64,000 bases of DNA from an uncultured Chloroflexia bacterium (lineage in GTDB: Bacteria; Chloroflexota; Dehalococcoidia; DSTF01; JALHUB01), in assembly GCA_963703345.1 (NCBI GenBank), contig OY969814.1:1961130-2025129 (forward strand). The letters run 5' to 3'. The notes under the pieces are model-generated. The model did no database searches and was not told the DNA's origin. It was given only the letters and a program-made list of their open reading frames with translations. Of the stretch, positions 21,045-34,658 are shown in pieces. Every line of letters starts with the position of its first letter. The first letter of the stretch is position 1. The position numbers and the translations under genes are program-made.

Positions 21045-22370
21045 CTATTCGACAAGCTTCATGCTTGGCTTTCCGACATCCACGTAGTCGGCGTAGTTGA
21101 TAGTAACCGCGTTGGAGCCGGAGTAGCTGAATGTGTTGACGATTATCTGGAGAGCGCCCAGATTTCCTCCCCCTGACACATTCAACTGGGCGGCAGGCAG
21201 GTAGATGATTCCCGTGGTGGTGTAGCTGGACCCCGCGTACTTCATCTGCGCGTTGCAGCTGCTGGCCTGCCAGAAGAGCATGTTCTTGTAGGCGCCGGAG
21301 GTGGGCGCGCTGAGGGTCAGGGTGCCGGAGCCCTGGATGGCGATAGAACCGCAAGCGCCGTTGTTGTTCTGAGCGTAGGCGTCGTCGATGTTGTAGAAGG
21401 TAACGCCGGTGCCGTGGATGTTAGTCCCGCCGCTATAATCGAATCCGCCGCCGGCAAAGATGTAGACGCCAGAACTGAAGGTGACAGTCCCTACTCCGGT
21501 GATCTTCAGGCCGCCGTAGTATGTTCCGGGCTGAAGCGTGACGGTTTTATCATTAAAGGTTGTAGCTTTGGGGTTTTTGGCAGTCCCGCTGGAAGTACTT
21601 GATGCCGCCACGCAACCGGGGGTCGGTGTGGTGCCGCAAGGAACGGGCGGGGACAAAGATGCGAGCGGGTCGGGCACTTGACCGGGGACAGACTCTGGCG
21701 GGACTGATGTCGTGGCGTTGTTGCTCAGCGACCAAGATCCCGCACTGTAGTAATCAATGTAATCGGCCACAAAGTGACTGCCGCCGCCTTGGGAGCCGGA
21801 AGGCCCGGGGGGCTGGCACTTTGTACCTGATGAGTTGACGATTGCGCCACCGCCGTTGATCGTGAGGGTGCTGTTGCTCGTCTGGTTGTAAGCCGGGCAG
21901 GCAGTCTTGTCGAGGACAACCAAGGCGTAGTTCTTGGGGACGGTGGTGATGCCTGCGACGGCGCGGGCACTGATGGTGAACGTCTTGACCCCCACAACCC
22001 GCATGAACGCTGTTGGCTGCGAGTGAACTATGTCTACTTCCACGTAGTTAGCGTCGCCGGCATGCGTGCCCGAATGAGGCGGGATCGAAACGCTTGTTTC
22101 GTTGGCCGGGTAGCCGTTCTTTTGTGCCCAGCCCGAAGCTGCGCTAATGGCATCTGAGCGGGAGCCGTCGGTTAGCAGAACGCCGGCCCCAGCAAGAGCA
22201 GCAGCATCCGCACCGTTCTGCGTTTGGGTGCGAACGACGAGGACCGTTCCTCCGTCGATAGCCAGGCCTGCGAACCCGATGAGCACCGTCATCATCACGC
22301 CGGCGAGGATGGCAACCTGACCGCCCTGGTTTCGATGAAGCCTCCCCCAGACGCGAGATAGAATGCGCAT
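21045..22370 (-). CDS. tadG: TadG-like Flp-pilus assembly protein (TadE/G N-terminal domain plus long G/S/T/N-rich beta-helix-like region)
   Basis: N-terminus QGGQVAILAGVMMTVLIGFAGLAIDGG is the Tad pilus-assembly pseudopilin-like motif; 441 aa, low complexity rich in Gly/Ser/Thr. Confidence 0.7.
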   Translation of the reverse strand: MRILSRVWGRLHRNQGGQVAILAGVMMTVLIGFAGLAIDGGTVLVVRTQTQNGADAAALAGAGVLLTDGSRSDAISAASGWAQKNGYPANETSVSIPPHSGTHAGDANYVEVDIVHSQPTAFMRVVGVKTFTISARAVAGITTVPKNYALVVLDKTACPAYNQTSNSTLTINGGGAIVNSSGTKCQPPGPSGSQGGGSHFVADYIDYYSAGSWSLSNNATTSVPPESVPGQVPDPLASLSPPVPCGTTPTPGCVAASSTSSGTAKNPKATTFNDKTVTLQPGTYYGGLKITGVGTVTFSSGVYIFAGGGFDYSGGTNIHGTGVTFYNIDDAYAQNNNGACGSIAIQGSGTLTLSAPTSGAYKNMLFWQASSCNAQMKYAGSSYTTTGIIYLPAAQLNVSGGGNLGALQIIVNTFSYSGSNAVTINYADYVDVGKPSMKLVE

Positions 22371-22374
22371 AGTC

Positions 22375-22821
22375 CTACTCCAATCGCATGTCGGATTTTG
22401 ACGATAGGTCGAAATAGCCGGGGAAATTTCCTCCTGAAACGAGGGTAAGAACGCTGGACAAGGGGGTGATCAGGGTATAGCGGTACTGCGCCTGCACTAC
22501 CACTGAGTTGCCGGAAGTGCGACCGTTGGGGAAGGTCACGCTCACGCTCCGCATATCGGCGATGGTCAAGTCTGCGGTCTCGCAGACACGGCTTACGACG
22601 TTGCCCCGGTCAGAGCCGGTGCAGTCGGTCGGGTATGTGCCGGCAGCGTTCCCGACCGCCGCGTAGCGCGCTCCTTCGCGCGCCGCGTTCGTCAACTCGA
22701 CGTAGGATTTGAACCCCATGCTGAAATCGACGATCGCCAGGCAGAGCAGCAACAGAATCGGTGCCACCATGGTGAACTCCACCAGACTTTGGCTCCGCTC
22801 AGATCCAATCCTTCGCAACAT
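22375..22821 (-). CDS. tadE: TadE-like pilus assembly protein
   Basis: SQSLVEFTMVAPILLLLCLAIVDFSMGF is the TadE N-terminal signature; the start was moved to the internal ATG. Confidence 0.7.
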   Translation of the reverse strand: MLRRIGSERSQSLVEFTMVAPILLLLCLAIVDFSMGFKSYVELTNAAREGARYAAVGNAAGTYPTDCTGSDRGNVVSRVCETADLTIADMRSVSVTFPNGRTSGNSVVVQAQYRYTLITPLSSVLTLVSGGNFPGYFDLSSKSDMRLE

Positions 22822-23023
22822 CCTAACGACTCCATGTCTCCCACTCACGTATGCGTTCGCGCCGACGAGCGTTTGCGGCCCGTCCCCGTGAATGCGCAGT
22901 TGCTTCTGTTTTATAATCGACACATATGCGGAAAAACGTTGAAGAATTCCGGAGCGCGCGGATTCAGAGACAGCCGCTGCTATGGGGCTCAGTTGGGGTT
23001 GGGTAGCAGAGGGGATACGCAGC

Positions 23024-23863
23024 TTATGCGTCTACGATGAGGACGCGATCAAGGCCGGCGAAGTCTTTCTTCACCCTCGGGCGTGCCTCCGCAAAGCACT
23101 CCCGCGCGACCGCCAGCAGCCGCTCGCCCTCGTCCCAGGCGATCTCCGCCAGCAGGCGTCCGGCCGGTCGCAGGTGCGGCGGCGCGGCGCGCAGCAGCCG
23201 CTCCAGCACTTCCGTCCCGAGCGGCCCGGCGTCGAGGGCGGCGCGCGGCTCGTGGTCGCGTATCTCCGGCGGCAGCGCTTCCCAGTCAGCCGTCTTTACG
23301 TAAGGGAGATTGGCGACGATGAGCTCGACGGGCTCCGGCACGGGGTCGAGCAGGTCGCCGCGGAGGAGATGGACGCGTTCCGTCAGCCCGTATCGCGCGA
23401 CGTTGCGGGCGGCGAGCGCCAGCGCTGACGCGGAGTCGTCGATGGCGAAGACGACCGCTTGCGGCAGATGCGTTGCCAGCGCTATGGCGATGGCGCCGCA
23501 ACCGGTGCCCACGTCGGCGATGGCGAAGGGGCCATCGGGAGCGAGACGGAGCGCCTTCTCGACCAGGAGCTCGGTCTCGGGACGCGGGATTAGCGCGACG
23601 GGCGTCGTCTCCAGATCGAGGCCGAAGAACTCGCGGTGGCCGACGATGTAAGCGGTCGGCTCATGGGCAAGGCGGCGCTCGACGAGGCGCTGGAAGGCGG
23701 GGAGAGCGCTATCGTCGACGGCGTCGTCGATACGGGCGAAGAGTTGAGCGCGGTCCAGCTCGAGTACGTGTCGCAGGAGGACCTCCGCCTCGAGCGCGGC
23801 TTCTTCGATTCCGGCGTCCTCAAGGCGGCGCCGCGCGGCGTGGAGTGCTTCCGCCGCCGTCAC
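23024..23863 (-). CDS. prmC: release-factor glutamine N5-methyltransferase PrmC/HemK
   Basis: IVGHREFFGLDL, IADVGTGCGAIAIALA, IVANLPYV (NPPY-type motif); GTG start at 23863 overlaps the prfA stop (GTGA); the longer 381-aa ORF has a non-protein-like N-terminus. Confidence 0.85.
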   Translation of the reverse strand: MTAAEALHAARRRLEDAGIEEAALEAEVLLRHVLELDRAQLFARIDDAVDDSALPAFQRLVERRLAHEPTAYIVGHREFFGLDLETTPVALIPRPETELLVEKALRLAPDGPFAIADVGTGCGAIAIALATHLPQAVVFAIDDSASALALAARNVARYGLTERVHLLRGDLLDPVPEPVELIVANLPYVKTADWEALPPEIRDHEPRAALDAGPLGTEVLERLLRAAPPHLRPAGRLLAEIAWDEGERLLAVARECFAEARPRVKKDFAGLDRVLIVDA

Positions 23864-24957
23864 GCCTGCCTGCCGCCAGGCACGGCGAGCTGTTCTTCCA
23901 GCAGGCGCGCCTGCTCGCTGGTGGAGACGGCGTCGATCAGGACATCGAGCTCGCCGTTCAGGATGCCGGGCAGATTGTGCAGCGTCAGGCCGACGCGGTG
24001 GTCGGTGACGCGGTCCTGGGGGAAGTTGTAGGTGCGGATCTTCTCCGCGCGCTCGCCGCTGCCGACCTGAGAGCGCCGCGTCTCCGAGACCTCCTGCGCC
24101 TGACGCTGCTGCTCGTGGTCGAAGAGGCGGGCGCGGAGGACGGCCATGGCGCGAACGCGGTTCTTCCACTGCGAGCGCTCGTCCTGGCAGACGACGACGA
24201 TGCCGGTCGGGACGTGCGTCAGGCGAACGGCGGTAGCGACCTTCTGGACGTTCTGACCGCCGTGGCCGCTGCTGTGGAAGATGTCGATACGGAGGTCGTC
24301 TTCGTTGATGGCGACGTCGACCTCCTCCGCCTCCGGCAGCACCGCGACCGTCGCCGTCGAGGTGTGGATGCGGCCCTGCGCCTCGGTCAGCGGCACGCGC
24401 TGCACGCGATGGACGCCGCTCTCGTATTTCAGGCGCGAGTAGGCGCCTTTGCCTTTGACCTCGAAAATGATCTCCTTCAGGCCGCCGATGCCGCTTTCGC
24501 TGTGCGACATCACTTCCACCTGCCAGCCGTGCGCCTCGGCGTAGCGCGTGTACATGCGGAACAAGTCGGCCGCGAAGAGCGCCGCCTCGTCGCCGCCGGT
24601 GCCGGCGCGAATCTCGACGATAACGCTCTTTTCGTCGCGCGGGTCGGGGGGCAGGAGGGCGCGGCGGAGGTCCGTTTCAAGGGCCTGCTTTCGCTCTGTC
24701 AGGCGCTCCAGCTCCTCGCGGGCCAGCGCTTCCATCTCCGGATCGTGCGCCTCTTCGATGAGGGCGCGGGCTTCGGCGATGCCCTGCTCCGTCTCGCGGT
24801 ACTGACGGTAGAGGGAGACAAGCTCCTCCAGCGACGCGCGCTCTTTGGCGAGCGTTTGGAGTCGCTCGTAATCGGACGTGAGCTCGGGCCGCGACATCTC
24901 GGCGGTCAGCTCTTCGTAGCGGTCGACGAGGGATTGCAGTCGGTTAAGCATAGTCAT
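23860..24957 (-). CDS. prfA: peptide chain release factor 1
   Basis: [23 protein letters not shown] (PxT motif) and [11 protein letters not shown] (GGQ). Confidence 0.95.
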   Translation of the reverse strand: MTMLNRLQSLVDRYEELTAEMSRPELTSDYERLQTLAKERASLEELVSLYRQYRETEQGIAEARALIEEAHDPEMEALAREELERLTERKQALETDLRRALLPPDPRDEKSVIVEIRAGTGGDEAALFAADLFRMYTRYAEAHGWQVEVMSHSESGIGGLKEIIFEVKGKGAYSRLKYESGVHRVQRVPLTEAQGRIHTSTATVAVLPEAEEVDVAINEDDLRIDIFHSSGHGGQNVQKVATAVRLTHVPTGIVVVCQDERSQWKNRVRAMAVLRARLFDHEQQRQAQEVSETRRSQVGSGERAEKIRTYNFPQDRVTDHRVGLTLHNLPGILNGELDVLIDAVSTSEQARLLEEQLAVPGGRQA

Positions 24958-25043
24958 CCATTCGCAGAGAAACCCCGATCGCGTCGGGGCTTCCGGGCCG
25001 CCTCAATAATACCACGCGCCAAGGTGTTCCAGACGGGTGGCGG

Positions 25044-26324
25044 TCATACTTGGCCGAGAGCCTTGAGAAGATAAGCCGTAGCCTGTGCCAGGGGCACCTC
25101 GTTCTGCTTGCTATCCTCCATGCTCCGCACCTGCACTACCGGCTCCGGCAGCTCGCCCAGCCCTTCCGCATCGATTATGACGACATACTTTGCCCGCACG
25201 GCGTTTGCGTGCCGCATCTGCGCTTTCAAGCTGCGCCGCGTCGCCACGACTGTGGCCAGTCCTTTCGAACGCAACTGGCGGGCCAGCTTCAAGGCTTCTA
25301 TCTTCGGCTCCGGCGACATGAGAACGTCGCGAGCAATGTAGACGTCCGGCACCGGCTCCAAAGGCGCGGCGGCCAACTGCTGCTTCATGTTCAGAATGAT
25401 GCGCTCGATCCCGGTGGCGAAGCCGATGGCGGGTGTCGGCGGGCCGCCCAGCTCTTCGATGAGAGCATCGTAGCGGCCGCCGGCGCCGATGGTGCTCTGG
25501 GCGCCGCCGCCGCGCGGCTGGATCTCGAAGACGGTGCGCGTGTAGTAGTCGAGGCCGCGCACGAGATGGGGCGTCAGCTCGTAAGGCACGGCGAGGGCGT
25601 CGAGGAAGCGGCGCACGTCGGCGAAGTGCTCCGCGCACTCGTCGCAAAGGTAATCGACGATCGACGGCGCGCCGGCGATGACCGGCTGACAGCTCTCCTG
25701 CTTGCAGTCGAGGAGGCGCAGCGGATTGCGCTCGTAGCGCTCGCGACAGTCGCGGCAGACGGAGGTCAAGTGCGGCTGGTAGTACGCCTTCAGCGCCTCC
25801 AGGTAGCGTGGCCGGCAGTTGCGGTCGCCGATGCTGTTCAGCAGGAGGACGAGGTCGCCCAGGCCGAGGTCGGCGTAGAGGCGCCAGAGCAGCTCGATGA
25901 CCTCGGCGTCGATGGCCGGATCCGCGTCGCCGATCGCCTCAACGCCGAGCTGGCTGTGCTGGCGGCGCCGTCCTGCCTGCGGCCGCTCATAACGGAAGGC
26001 CGGCGACAGGTAGTAGAGGCGGACAGGCTGCGGCAGGTTCTTCATGCCGTGCTGGAGGTAGGCGCGGCAGACGCTGGCGGTCCCTTCCGGCTTGAGGGCC
26101 AGGCGCTCGCCGCTGCGGTCCTCGAAGACGTACATCTCTTTGCGCACCACGTCGGACCCCGCGCCGGCGCCGCGTTCGAAGAGGGCGGCCTCCTCGAAGA
26201 CCGGCGTGTCGATGCGCGTGTAGCCGAAGAGGCGGCAGAAGCGCTCCGACGCCTCGATGGCCTTGCGCCAGTACGGCTGCTCGGGCGGCAGGACGTCGGC
26301 GGTGCCGCGAGGTGCGGTGAACAA
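25044..26324 (-). CDS. hisS: histidine--tRNA ligase
   Basis: MFTAPRGTADVLPPEQPYWRKAIEASERFCRLFGYTRIDTPVFE...LKPEGTASVCRAY; class II aaRS motifs. Confidence 0.9.
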   Translation of the reverse strand: MFTAPRGTADVLPPEQPYWRKAIEASERFCRLFGYTRIDTPVFEEAALFERGAGAGSDVVRKEMYVFEDRSGERLALKPEGTASVCRAYLQHGMKNLPQPVRLYYLSPAFRYERPQAGRRRQHSQLGVEAIGDADPAIDAEVIELLWRLYADLGLGDLVLLLNSIGDRNCRPRYLEALKAYYQPHLTSVCRDCRERYERNPLRLLDCKQESCQPVIAGAPSIVDYLCDECAEHFADVRRFLDALAVPYELTPHLVRGLDYYTRTVFEIQPRGGGAQSTIGAGGRYDALIEELGGPPTPAIGFATGIERIILNMKQQLAAAPLEPVPDVYIARDVLMSPEPKIEALKLARQLRSKGLATVVATRRSLKAQMRHANAVRAKYVVIIDAEGLGELPEPVVQVRSMEDSKQNEVPLAQATAYLLKALGQV

Positions 26325-26451
26325 AGGCTGCTCCTGTCTGTCGGGTCGAAGGTCAGGCCAAGCATAGCGAAGGGGCAGCGGCGTTGTAAAGGCACGTCTC
26401 GATTAGAAGCGTTTGCGCCGGTATGCTACAGTAGATTGCGGGGAGATTCTG

Positions 26452-28674
26452 ATGGTCGCGACAATCGACGAGCTGATCGAGAAGACGCAGTCGTACCTGC
26501 CCGGCGACAGGCCGCAGCTCGTCGAGGACGCGTACCGCTTCGCAGAAGAGTGCCATCGCGGCCAACTGCGAAAGACCGGCGACCCCTACATTACCCATCC
26601 TCTCGACACCGCCGCCACCGTCGCTGAGCTGCAGCTCGACGCGTCAGCGGTCGCGGCGGCGCTGATCCACGACGTGCAGGAGGACTGCGGCGTCTCCAAC
26701 GCGGAGGTCGCCCGGCGCTTCGGACGCGAAGTGGCGCACCTCGTCGACGGCGCGACGAAGCTGGAGAAGATCGCCTGGAAAGCGCCGGAGGGCCCTGTGG
26801 GCGACAGGGCCGCTCAGGCGGAGAACCTGCGCAAGATGTTCCTGGCCATGGCCCGCGACGTACGCGTCGTCATCATCAAGCTGGCAGACCGCCTGAACAA
26901 CATGCGCACCCTCTACGCGCTCTCCCCGGAGAAGCAGCGGCTCGTGGCTCAGGAGACGATGGAGATTTACGCGCCGCTCGCCAGCCGCCTGGGCATCTGG
27001 CAGATCAGTCGAGAGCTGGAGGACCTGTCTTTTCGCTACCTCGACGAGGAACGCTACCGTCAGATCGCCAACCTCCTGGCGTCGAGCCGGGCGGCCCGCG
27101 AGAAGTACATATCTCAGGTCGAGACCATCTTGCGCAAGGAGCTGGACAAGAACGGCATTCACGCCGAGGTGCAGGGCCGCGCCAAGCATCTGTATAGCAT
27201 CAACCAGAAGATGGGGAAGTACGCGACGCAGGGCAAGACGTTCAACGAGATCTACGACCTGCTGGCTCTGCGCGTGCTCGTCGAGACCGAAGCGGACTGT
27301 TATCGGACGCTGGGCGTCGTCCACAACCTCTGGCGGCCGATCCCCGGCCAGTTCGACGACTACATTGCCAACCCCAAAGAAGGCGCCTACCGATCGCTGC
27401 ACACGACTGTCCTCTGTCTGGGCGCGCGGGCGCTGGAGGTGCAGATCCGCACGCACGAGATGCACCGGCTGGCGGAGTACGGCGTCGCGGCGCACTGGCG
27501 CTACAAGGAGGGCGGTAAGCGTGACCTCCGCTTCGAGGAGCGCGTGTCGTGGCTGCGGCAATTGCTGGAATGGCAGCGCGAAATGGCGGCCGCCGACGAC
27601 TTCGTGGAACTGGTCAAGACCGATCTTTTCCAGGACCAGGTCTTCGTGTACACGCCGAAGGGCGAAGTGAAGGACCTGCCGGTCCGCTCTACGCCCATCG
27701 ACTTCGCCTACCGTATTCACACCGACATCGGGCATCGCTGTATCGGCGCGCGCGTCAATGGGCGACTTGTTCCGCTCAACTACCAGCTTCAGAACGGCGA
27801 CATGGTGGAGATTCTGACGAGCAAGGCCCCGCGTGGTCCTTCCCGCGACTGGCTGAACATGGACCTCGGCTACGCCATGACGAGCCACGCGCGGGAGAAG
27901 ATCCGCGGCTGGTTCAAGCTGCAAGAGCGGGCGGCGAACGTGGAGCGCGGCCGCGACCTGGTGCACAAGGAACTGCGGCGCCTGGGGCTCAGCCTGGCGG
28001 ACACGCAGGAGCTGCTGCTGCGCTCGTTCAAGGTCGACGAGATGGACGAGTTACTAGCGGCGCTGGGCTACGGCGGCATCAGCCTTCAGCAGATAGCATC
28101 CAAGCTGGCGCCGCTGGTGCAGCGAGCGGGGGAAGCGGAAGCGCTCGCCGTCGAGGCGCCGCTGAAGCCCGTGCACACCGCCGCCGTGGAGGTGCTGGGC
28201 ACCGGCGACCTCCTGACGCAGCTTGCCCGCTGCTGCAACCCGGTCCCCGGCGATCCCATCATCGGCTACGTGACGCGCAGCCGCGGCGTGACCGTCCACC
28301 GGCGCGACTGCGGCAACGTGCTGCGGGAGGACGAAACGGAGCGCCTCGTCGAGGTCGAATGGGGGCGCAGCGGGCAGTTGTACCCCGTCGCCGTGCGTAT
28401 CGAGGCGTGGGACCGCGTGGGCCTGCTGCGGGACATCGGCAGCATCGTCGCCGAGGAGAAGGTGAACATGGCGGCGGTGCGCACCCAGGAGCACAACGAC
28501 CACACCGTCAGCGTGTTCCTAACGCTGCTTACGGCCGGCGTCGACCAGTTGACGCGGCTGATGAGCAAGCTGGAGGTGGCGCGCGGCGTCTTCTCCGTCG
28601 ACCGGCATGTCGAGGGCAGCGAGCGCCCGGCGAAGAGCGGCACCGCCGGCCACGACGGGGCCGCGAAGCCGTAG
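26452..28674 (+). CDS. relA: bifunctional (p)ppGpp synthetase/hydrolase RelA/SpoT (HD hydrolase, RelA_SpoT synthetase, TGS and ACT domains)
   Basis: HRGQLRKTGDPYITHPLDTA (HD), YRSLHTTV...ALEVQIRTHEMH (synthetase), TPKGEVKDLPVRSTPIDFAY (TGS), C-terminal ACT domain. Confidence 0.95.
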   Translation: MVATIDELIEKTQSYLPGDRPQLVEDAYRFAEECHRGQLRKTGDPYITHPLDTAATVAELQLDASAVAAALIHDVQEDCGVSNAEVARRFGREVAHLVDGATKLEKIAWKAPEGPVGDRAAQAENLRKMFLAMARDVRVVIIKLADRLNNMRTLYALSPEKQRLVAQETMEIYAPLASRLGIWQISRELEDLSFRYLDEERYRQIANLLASSRAAREKYISQVETILRKELDKNGIHAEVQGRAKHLYSINQKMGKYATQGKTFNEIYDLLALRVLVETEADCYRTLGVVHNLWRPIPGQFDDYIANPKEGAYRSLHTTVLCLGARALEVQIRTHEMHRLAEYGVAAHWRYKEGGKRDLRFEERVSWLRQLLEWQREMAAADDFVELVKTDLFQDQVFVYTPKGEVKDLPVRSTPIDFAYRIHTDIGHRCIGARVNGRLVPLNYQLQNGDMVEILTSKAPRGPSRDWLNMDLGYAMTSHAREKIRGWFKLQERAANVERGRDLVHKELRRLGLSLADTQELLLRSFKVDEMDELLAALGYGGISLQQIASKLAPLVQRAGEAEALAVEAPLKPVHTAAVEVLGTGDLLTQLARCCNPVPGDPIIGYVTRSRGVTVHRRDCGNVLREDETERLVEVEWGRSGQLYPVAVRIEAWDRVGLLRDIGSIVAEEKVNMAAVRTQEHNDHTVSVFLTLLTAGVDQLTRLMSKLEVARGVFSVDRHVEGSERPAKSGTAGHDGAAKP

Positions 28675-28765
28675 CTCTCAGCGATAGGCCTGCCTCAGCC
28701 GCTACTCACTCGCATACGGTGCGCCGACACTTGAGAAGCTCCCGCGAAGATGGTAGCTTGGAGTC

Positions 28766-29734
<969 letters not shown>

Positions 29735-29736
29735 TC

Positions 29737-30546
29737 ATGAGCGTGAACGTTGGCGCAGCCTTCAGGCGGCCGGGCGGCATCCAGGCCGTCGCCGATGCGC
29801 TATCTGACATAGAAGCGGTGGCCCAGCGGAACCTGATCACCTATTTCCGGGTGCCGCAGTTGCTCGTCTTCTCGAGCATTCAGCCGGTGATCTTCGTGCT
29901 GCTGTTCCGCTATGCGTTCGGCGGCGCAATTCGAGTTCCGAACGGCAACTACGTCGACTTCCTGTTACCGGGCATCTTCGTCCAGACGACGGTGTTTGGC
30001 GCGATAGGCACGGCGGTCGGCTTGGCCACCGACCTGCAAACCGGTCTGCTGGAACGCTTTCGCTCGCTGCCGATGTCTCGCGCGGCCGTGCTGGCGGGCC
30101 GGACGACGGCCGAGCTGGGCCGAAACGTGTTGGTGCTCGCGCTGATGGTAATCGTGGGGTTAGCGGTGGGCTGGCGGCCTCACACCGACGCGCAGTCGTT
30201 CATCGTCGCGATGGGCCTCGTGCTGCTGTTCGGCTATGTGTTCTCGTGGATATTCGCCGGCGTCGGGCTGCTGACGCGGGACCCGGAGGCGGCGCAGGCG
30301 GCGGCCTTTCCCGTGCTGGCGGTGCTCGTGTTCGCCTCCTCGGCTTTCGTGCCCACGTCAACGATGCCCGGCTGGTTGCGGGTGTACGCGGAGCATCAGC
30401 CGGTGTCGGTCACGATATCGGCGGTGCGGACGCTACTGCTGGGCGGGTCGGCGCTGCCTGACGTGCTGAAGACTCTGGCCTGGATGGCCGGCATTCTCGC
30501 CGTATTCGCGCCGCTCTCCGTATGGCGCTATCAGCGAACGACGTAG
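29737..30546 (+). CDS. ABC-2 family transporter permease
   Basis: 6-TM ABC-2 pattern; start is 3 nt after the ATPase stop. Confidence 0.8.
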   Translation: MSVNVGAAFRRPGGIQAVADALSDIEAVAQRNLITYFRVPQLLVFSSIQPVIFVLLFRYAFGGAIRVPNGNYVDFLLPGIFVQTTVFGAIGTAVGLATDLQTGLLERFRSLPMSRAAVLAGRTTAELGRNVLVLALMVIVGLAVGWRPHTDAQSFIVAMGLVLLFGYVFSWIFAGVGLLTRDPEAAQAAAFPVLAVLVFASSAFVPTSTMPGWLRVYAEHQPVSVTISAVRTLLLGGSALPDVLKTLAWMAGILAVFAPLSVWRYQRTT

Positions 30547-30585
30547 GCGGGCGTCGGCCGCAGGCGCTTCCGAAGGGGGTCGGAA

Positions 30586-30747
30586 ATGAGGAACATCTTC
30601 CTGGTTGCGCTTACCGTGCTGGTGGGGCTGCTGTGGAGCGGGACGATCCACCCGGAGATGAAGTGGACGGCGACGATGTTCGGTCTGGCGCTGTTTTCGC
30701 TGATCGCGAACGAAGGGATCTACGCCCGCCCGCACAAACGCCACTAG
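30586..30747 (+). CDS. small two-TM membrane protein (53 aa), not in the ORF track
   Basis: ATG at 30586 with SD gaagggggt; MRNIFLVALTVLVGLLWSGTIHPEMKWTATMFGLALFSLIANEGIYARPHKRH; directly downstream of the ABC permease. Confidence 0.4.
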   Translation: MRNIFLVALTVLVGLLWSGTIHPEMKWTATMFGLALFSLIANEGIYARPHKRH

Positions 30748-30816
30748 CCACCCTCCTTCTGCCAAGGTGAGGCCGGAAAGAAAGAGTGGTGGCACAAGCC
30801 GCCACGATCGCGGCGA

Positions 30817-31491
30817 TTACTCGATTTTGGCTCCCTTGGTGAGATTGTGGCGCGCGCATAGAATTCGAACGTTGTTCGGTGTGAGGCCCGTGCCGCCTTT
30901 GGAGAAGGGTAATTCGTGATCGAAATGCAACTGGTCTTCTGCGCCGCACATCACGCACCGACCCTTGTCGCGTTTGTAGACAACTTGCTTCACCCATGCG
31001 GGGATAGCCCGACGAAACTGCGCAGACTCGGCTGTCTGCCGGGCCTCGTCTGGCTGATCCGACAGCCGCATGCGGAACTTGAAGACTCTCCGCGCGCCCG
31101 CTCCGGCGTAATCGCAACCGACCAACTCAAACAGACCTTTGTCTGACCAAATCCCAGGGCGAAGCTTCTCGTAGACCCGGACGAGGCACTTTCCCGCGGG
31201 GAAAGAGGCCGCCGCCCTGGCGAACTTCGCGTTTTCCGTCGGGTCGCCGGAAGGAAGAGCCCACGGTTGATCCACAGACTTGGGCTCGATGCCTAGCTGT
31301 CTCTTCTCATCATGGCCTTCATAGAGAAGTTCAGAGCCGTCAAGCGACAACGAGTCTTCATACGGCGCGCCCGGCCGGCGAGACATAAGCACGACGGAAA
31401 CAGCAGGCGGCTCGCGGTAGTACATGCCGCGCTGCAATGACCCCTTCTCCCGAGCGCACATTTCCCAGTAGGTCAGGATCTCGTCGCGCAA
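30817..31491 (-). CDS. SRA(YDG)-like domain + HNH nuclease, a putative modification-dependent (type IV) restriction endonuclease
   Basis: C-terminal HNH (CVMCGAEDQLHFDHELPFSKGG...NVRILCARHNLTKG); N-terminal VVLMSRRPGAPYEDSLSLDGSELLYEGHD resembles the SRA/YDG fold (YEDxxDxG...YxGxG); the start ATG overlaps the uvrA stop. Confidence 0.6.
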   Translation of the reverse strand: MRDEILTYWEMCAREKGSLQRGMYYREPPAVSVVLMSRRPGAPYEDSLSLDGSELLYEGHDEKRQLGIEPKSVDQPWALPSGDPTENAKFARAAASFPAGKCLVRVYEKLRPGIWSDKGLFELVGCDYAGAGARRVFKFRMRLSDQPDEARQTAESAQFRRAIPAWVKQVVYKRDKGRCVMCGAEDQLHFDHELPFSKGGTGLTPNNVRILCARHNLTKGAKIE

Positions 31492-31494
31492 GAT

Positions 31495-34404
<2,910 letters not shown>

Positions 34405-34658
34405 GGCTCCTTTGTCGGGGTAGTTGCGTTCAGTCCGAACGTCTATTTTAGCATTTCGGGAAGAGGGCGAACAACGGATCCCCGTTCATCGTTCGCAGAG
34501 TCGGCTCGTTTGCCATGCGGATCTTCCCCAGCGGCCGTATTCGTCGGTTCCCCTTGACAGGTCACCAGTCGTATGGTACTGTTCCTATGGCTTCAGTTGC
34601 CACTGGCACACTTGCTATGTACCCAGAGCACTGATATCATATTGAAAGAGGCAGGCAA

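Noticed and set aside
20814-21170. tmRNA (ssrA) hypothesis for the tRNA-like 3' end
   Set aside because: The 5' sequence GGGGGTGCTGATTCC loosely resembles a tmRNA 5' end. However, a ~350-nt tmRNA would overlap 125 nt of the TadG ORF, and no tag-peptide reading frame or pseudoknot arrangement was evident.
23024-24169. 381-aa version of prmC
   Set aside because: The N-terminal ~100 residues are R/P-rich antisense of prfA. A GTG at 23863 overlapping the prfA stop (GTGA) gives a normal-length PrmC.
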